Source: a virus. From it: a stretch of DNA of 64,000 nucleotides. The stretch covers positions 64,001 through 128,000 of the IMG/VR virus record IMGVR_UViG_3300027896_000001; one strand, 5' to 3'. A program made the position numbers and the translations under genes. Shown piece after piece: positions 60,773-64,000 of this stretch; the first letter of the stretch is position 1, and each line of letters opens with the position of its first letter. The notes under the pieces were generated by a model that saw only the letters and a list, made by a program, of their open reading frames with translations, was not told the DNA's origin and did not search any database.

Positions 60773-61386
60773 ATTTAATTGAATGCTTGTCGCAAAAATA
60801 TTCTTTTGATTTGTCTCAAAAATCACCTATACAGCTTCCATTAACGCGAAACGATCTTACAAAAATATTTAAGGAATTGGGATTTAAAACAGGAGTTGAG
60901 ATAGGCGTTCAAGAAGGAATTTATTCCGAAATTATATGCCAAAACAATCCAGAAGTATCTTTGTTTTGTGTTGATCCATGGAAAGCTTATCGTCGATATC
61001 GGGATTTTGTAAGTCAAGAAAGACTTGATAAATTTTATGAAACAGCGAAAAAGAGATTAGAACCTTATAACTGTACATTTATAAAAAAATTTAGCCTGGA
61101 TGCGGCTAAAGATTTTGCAGATAAAAGCCTAGATTTCGGTTATATAGACGGAAATCATGAATTCAGATATGTAGTAGACGATACCGATGAATGGATAAGA
61201 AAAATAAAAAAAGGCGGTATCATGGCTGGGCATGATTACAAACGATCAAAAGGCGATGCTCCATATCATGTAGTTGATGCTATTTCTGCTTATACTTATT
61301 CACATAAAGTGAAACCGTGGTTTATTACAACAGAAACAGATCATGATTTACCTAGGTCTTTTTTCTGGGAGAAACAATGGATTTAA
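60769..61386 (+). CDS. Class I SAM methyltransferase (Methyltransf_24-like)
   Basis: EIGVQEG, VDPW, YIDGNH, GGIMAGHDY. Confidence 0.85.
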   Translation: MNLIECLSQKYSFDLSQKSPIQLPLTRNDLTKIFKELGFKTGVEIGVQEGIYSEIICQNNPEVSLFCVDPWKAYRRYRDFVSQERLDKFYETAKKRLEPYNCTFIKKFSLDAAKDFADKSLDFGYIDGNHEFRYVVDDTDEWIRKIKKGGIMAGHDYKRSKGDAPYHVVDAISAYTYSHKVKPWFITTETDHDLPRSFFWEKQWI

Positions 61387-62072
61387 CAATATTATTTTAC
61401 ACATCAAATTATATAAACGAATCCTTCGCCAAGGAAATAAGGGATCAGTTAATAAGAGCTTCCGAAGGAATTCCTATAATAAGTATTTCTCAAAAACCAA
61501 TGGATTTCGGAGAAAACATATGTGTTGGAGATATTAGCAGATCTCATCTTAATATTTATAGACAAATTTTAATAGGAGCAAAAGCAGCCACAACGGAGTA
61601 TGTTGCATTGGCTGAAGATGATGTATTGTACTCTCCAAGCCACTTTACTTCATTTCGTCCAGACGGAGATACATTTGCATATAATTTAAATAAATGGAGT
61701 ATTTTTACATGGGTAAATCCTCCAACATTTTCTTATATACCGCGAATGGTTATTAATGCATTAATAGCCCCAAGAAAACTTCTTGTTGAAGCTTTAACAG
61801 AAAGATTTACAAAATGGCCTGATGATACAAAAACACCTGTTAAATATTGGGGAGATTTAGGTCGTTATGAAAATTATCTTCATGTTACAGTTAGAAAAAC
61901 AACAACTTTTAATTCTTCTCAATGTAATATTGTGTTTTCGCATACAGATGCGTATGGATATCTTGGATTAGGAAATAGAAAAAAAATGGGAGATCAAAGA
62001 GTAACAGAATTAGACGGTTGGGGAACCGCATCGGATATAATAAAAATCTTCAAGGAAAGAAACCATGAATAA
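61377..62072 (+). CDS. Glycosyltransferase-like protein
   Basis: AEDDVLY DxD-like motif; cluster context. Confidence 0.6.
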   Translation: MDLTILFYTSNYINESFAKEIRDQLIRASEGIPIISISQKPMDFGENICVGDISRSHLNIYRQILIGAKAATTEYVALAEDDVLYSPSHFTSFRPDGDTFAYNLNKWSIFTWVNPPTFSYIPRMVINALIAPRKLLVEALTERFTKWPDDTKTPVKYWGDLGRYENYLHVTVRKTTTFNSSQCNIVFSHTDAYGYLGLGNRKKMGDQRVTELDGWGTASDIIKIFKERNHE

Positions 62073-62598
62073 TATAGAAGATATAATATTTACAAATAAA
62101 GGTAAATGGCTCATGAAAATGAGCGAACGGTTAATGATATGCGGAATGGCTTCATTACTACATCCTGCCAGTATTTTAGAACTTGGGGTTTATCTTGGAA
62201 AATGTTCTGAGCAACTTTCAAAATTAACACCTATAGTTTATTGTGTCGACCCAATGAGGCATGAAGAATTAGCATTACCTTCAAATTGTTATTTTATACA
62301 ATTAACAAGCGATGAGTTTTTCAAGTGTGTTGCTAAAAACAATACATATGATTTGATTATTGTCGATGCGGATCATACAGAGGAAAATGCGTACAGGGAT
62401 TTAAAAAATTCTATTCAATATGGAAAGTACATTTTAATGCATGATAGCGCGAATCCTGAGTGCAGGCAAGGATACAAAAAGGCCATACGTGAATGCGGGG
62501 ATAAAATAAAATTTAAAAATCTCGATTTGCTACCATGTTCATATGTTTCCACAAAAAATGTTCAATGGGGCGGATTAGGAATAGTAGTAACAAAATGA
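62065..62598 (+). CDS. Class I SAM methyltransferase (Methyltransf_24-like)
   Basis: LELGVYLG, VDADH, LMHD. Confidence 0.8.
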   Translation: MNNIEDIIFTNKGKWLMKMSERLMICGMASLLHPASILELGVYLGKCSEQLSKLTPIVYCVDPMRHEELALPSNCYFIQLTSDEFFKCVAKNNTYDLIIVDADHTEENAYRDLKNSIQYGKYILMHDSANPECRQGYKKAIRECGDKIKFKNLDLLPCSYVSTKNVQWGGLGIVVTK

Positions 62599-63236
62599 TA
62601 CCTAAAATTATACATACAGCATGGACATCTAATGATTCTTTTAAAAAAAAGTATCATAAGTTCAGAGAGTCATGGATAAGATTCAATCCAGATTGGTCGT
62701 TTTATTTTTGGGATCAGCATAATTTTCCATGGGGGAAATTTGACAATATATCAAAAGAGTTATTATCGTCAAACAAGGTTCATTACGTTGTTAAATCAGA
62801 TGTAATCAGGTATGAAATATTAAGACTGTATGGGGGAATCTATGTCGACTGTGATGTTGAATGTTTAAAATCGTTTGAACCATTATTAATATACGAATCG
62901 TTTGTAGGATATGAAAGATATCCTGATATTATAAGTAATTGTATTATCGGTGTTGAAAAAGACAACCCAATTATAATAGATATTTCCAGAACATTAAATG
63001 AAAAAATTCTAAATCATCGCGATTACAGCAATAAACATCCTCATGTTTACGGGGTAGGTTTCGCCGGCAGTAAATTAAAAAATCTATCTATGGTTCTTCC
63101 TCAAAACGCGTTCTGTCCATTTTTAGGAGAAAGTCGTCCTAAAAATGTCAATTCTAAAAATTATCCAGATGCCTATGCTATTCATCATTTTTCAGGAATG
63201 GATGATGATGGATGGGTTAAAAACAGAGAGGTATGA
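62595..63236 (+). CDS. Glycosyltransferase GT32 (DXD sugar-binding)
   Basis: MIPKIIH, SDVIRYEIL..YGGIYVDCD, YAIHH. Confidence 0.85.
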   Translation: MIPKIIHTAWTSNDSFKKKYHKFRESWIRFNPDWSFYFWDQHNFPWGKFDNISKELLSSNKVHYVVKSDVIRYEILRLYGGIYVDCDVECLKSFEPLLIYESFVGYERYPDIISNCIIGVEKDNPIIIDISRTLNEKILNHRDYSNKHPHVYGVGFAGSKLKNLSMVLPQNAFCPFLGESRPKNVNSKNYPDAYAIHHFSGMDDDGWVKNREV

Positions 63237-63239
63237 TTC

Positions 63240-63902
63240 ATGAAAGTTGCTTTGATATCTGCTAATCTTGGAAAATTCTGCAACCATAATGAATGGGAAA
63301 AACAGGAAATAAATCCTGATATCGAATTATCGATATTTAGATTGGATGATAATAATTTTCCTCCCAGAGATAAATCTCTTACTTCAAGGATGCAGGCGAA
63401 AATACCCAAAGTATTTGGATGGCAGATGTTTCCAGGATTTGATTATTACATATGGATAGATGCGCGCTTCGAGGTAAAAAAAGGATTTGTACAATGGATG
63501 GTTGATCAAAATAAAAATTTTGATTGTTCGTTCTTTACTCATCCATGGAGACATTCGATAAAAGAAGAAGCCGACATGATGAATATTGCATTAAAATCAA
63601 AATTTCATAATCATTATGATTATATTCAATCAAGATATACTGGAGAATTTATAGATGAACAACTAGAAATAATTTTCAAAGACAAATCTTATAAAGACAA
63701 TTACCTTCTTGCGGCGACAACTTTTATTTATAAAAATAACGATGTCATGAAAAACATATTATCAGAATGGTGGCTTCACATTTCAAGATACTGCATCATG
63801 GATCAGTTTATTCTTCCTTATTTATTGAGACAATATAAATGCAATCTTAACATTATTCAAGACGATGTTTTTCATGCTAAACATGCTAAATACATCAAAT
63901 GA
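63240..63902 (+). CDS. DUF616-like glycosyltransferase
   Basis: AKIPK, WIDA, HPWR..EE, DQ..LPY. Confidence 0.7.
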   Translation: MKVALISANLGKFCNHNEWEKQEINPDIELSIFRLDDNNFPPRDKSLTSRMQAKIPKVFGWQMFPGFDYYIWIDARFEVKKGFVQWMVDQNKNFDCSFFTHPWRHSIKEEADMMNIALKSKFHNHYDYIQSRYTGEFIDEQLEIIFKDKSYKDNYLLAATTFIYKNNDVMKNILSEWWLHISRYCIMDQFILPYLLRQYKCNLNIIQDDVFHAKHAKYIK

Positions 63903-63917
63903 AAGGACATCAAAATC

Positions 63918-64000
63918 ATGGACCTGTCAATAGTAATTCCTGCCCGTAATGAAGAATTTTTGCAACAGACAATTGATTCTATTGTAAAAGGAATCAAAGC
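63918..64000 (+). CDS. Glycosyltransferase family 2, partial
   Basis: MDLSIVIPARNEEFLQQTIDSI; resembles the start of 59242-60123. Confidence 0.75.
   Translation, partial: MDLSIVIPARNEEFLQQTIDSIVKGIK

Overview
This AT-rich window comes from a large tailed dsDNA phage. The left arm (1-22.6 kb, minus strand) is a replication/recombination block: VRR-NUC nuclease, SNF2 helicase, DEDDh/PD-(D/E)XK fusion nuclease, SSB-like protein and a primase-MCM-type helicase fusion. Next come an AT-rich origin candidate and a single-chain beta-beta' RNA polymerase (2110 aa). The right arm holds spike/NlpC genes, a GpA-like terminase, prohead protease, scaffold, major capsid protein and a glycosyltransferase/methyltransferase cluster. 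The main finding is a multiplexed retron-like system. A minus-strand operon (DHH phosphoesterase, retron-type reverse transcriptase, RNase H, small basic ORF) ends in a retron-like ncRNA at 36574-36798. A tandem array of six more such cassettes lies about 23-27 kb away (9755-13396). All seven have their own terminal inverted repeat ending in an unpaired G opposite a G (retron branch-point geometry) and a shared hairpin with a T-G(T/A)T(T/C)C-G loop. Their bodies are unrelated in sequence and fold best on the opposite (cDNA) strand. One cassette appears to enclose a whole tandem-repeat (LRR-like) gene. One RT may therefore make a repertoire of different structured single-stranded DNAs. Coordinates of non-coding elements were read by eye and may be off by a few nt; no database searches were run.
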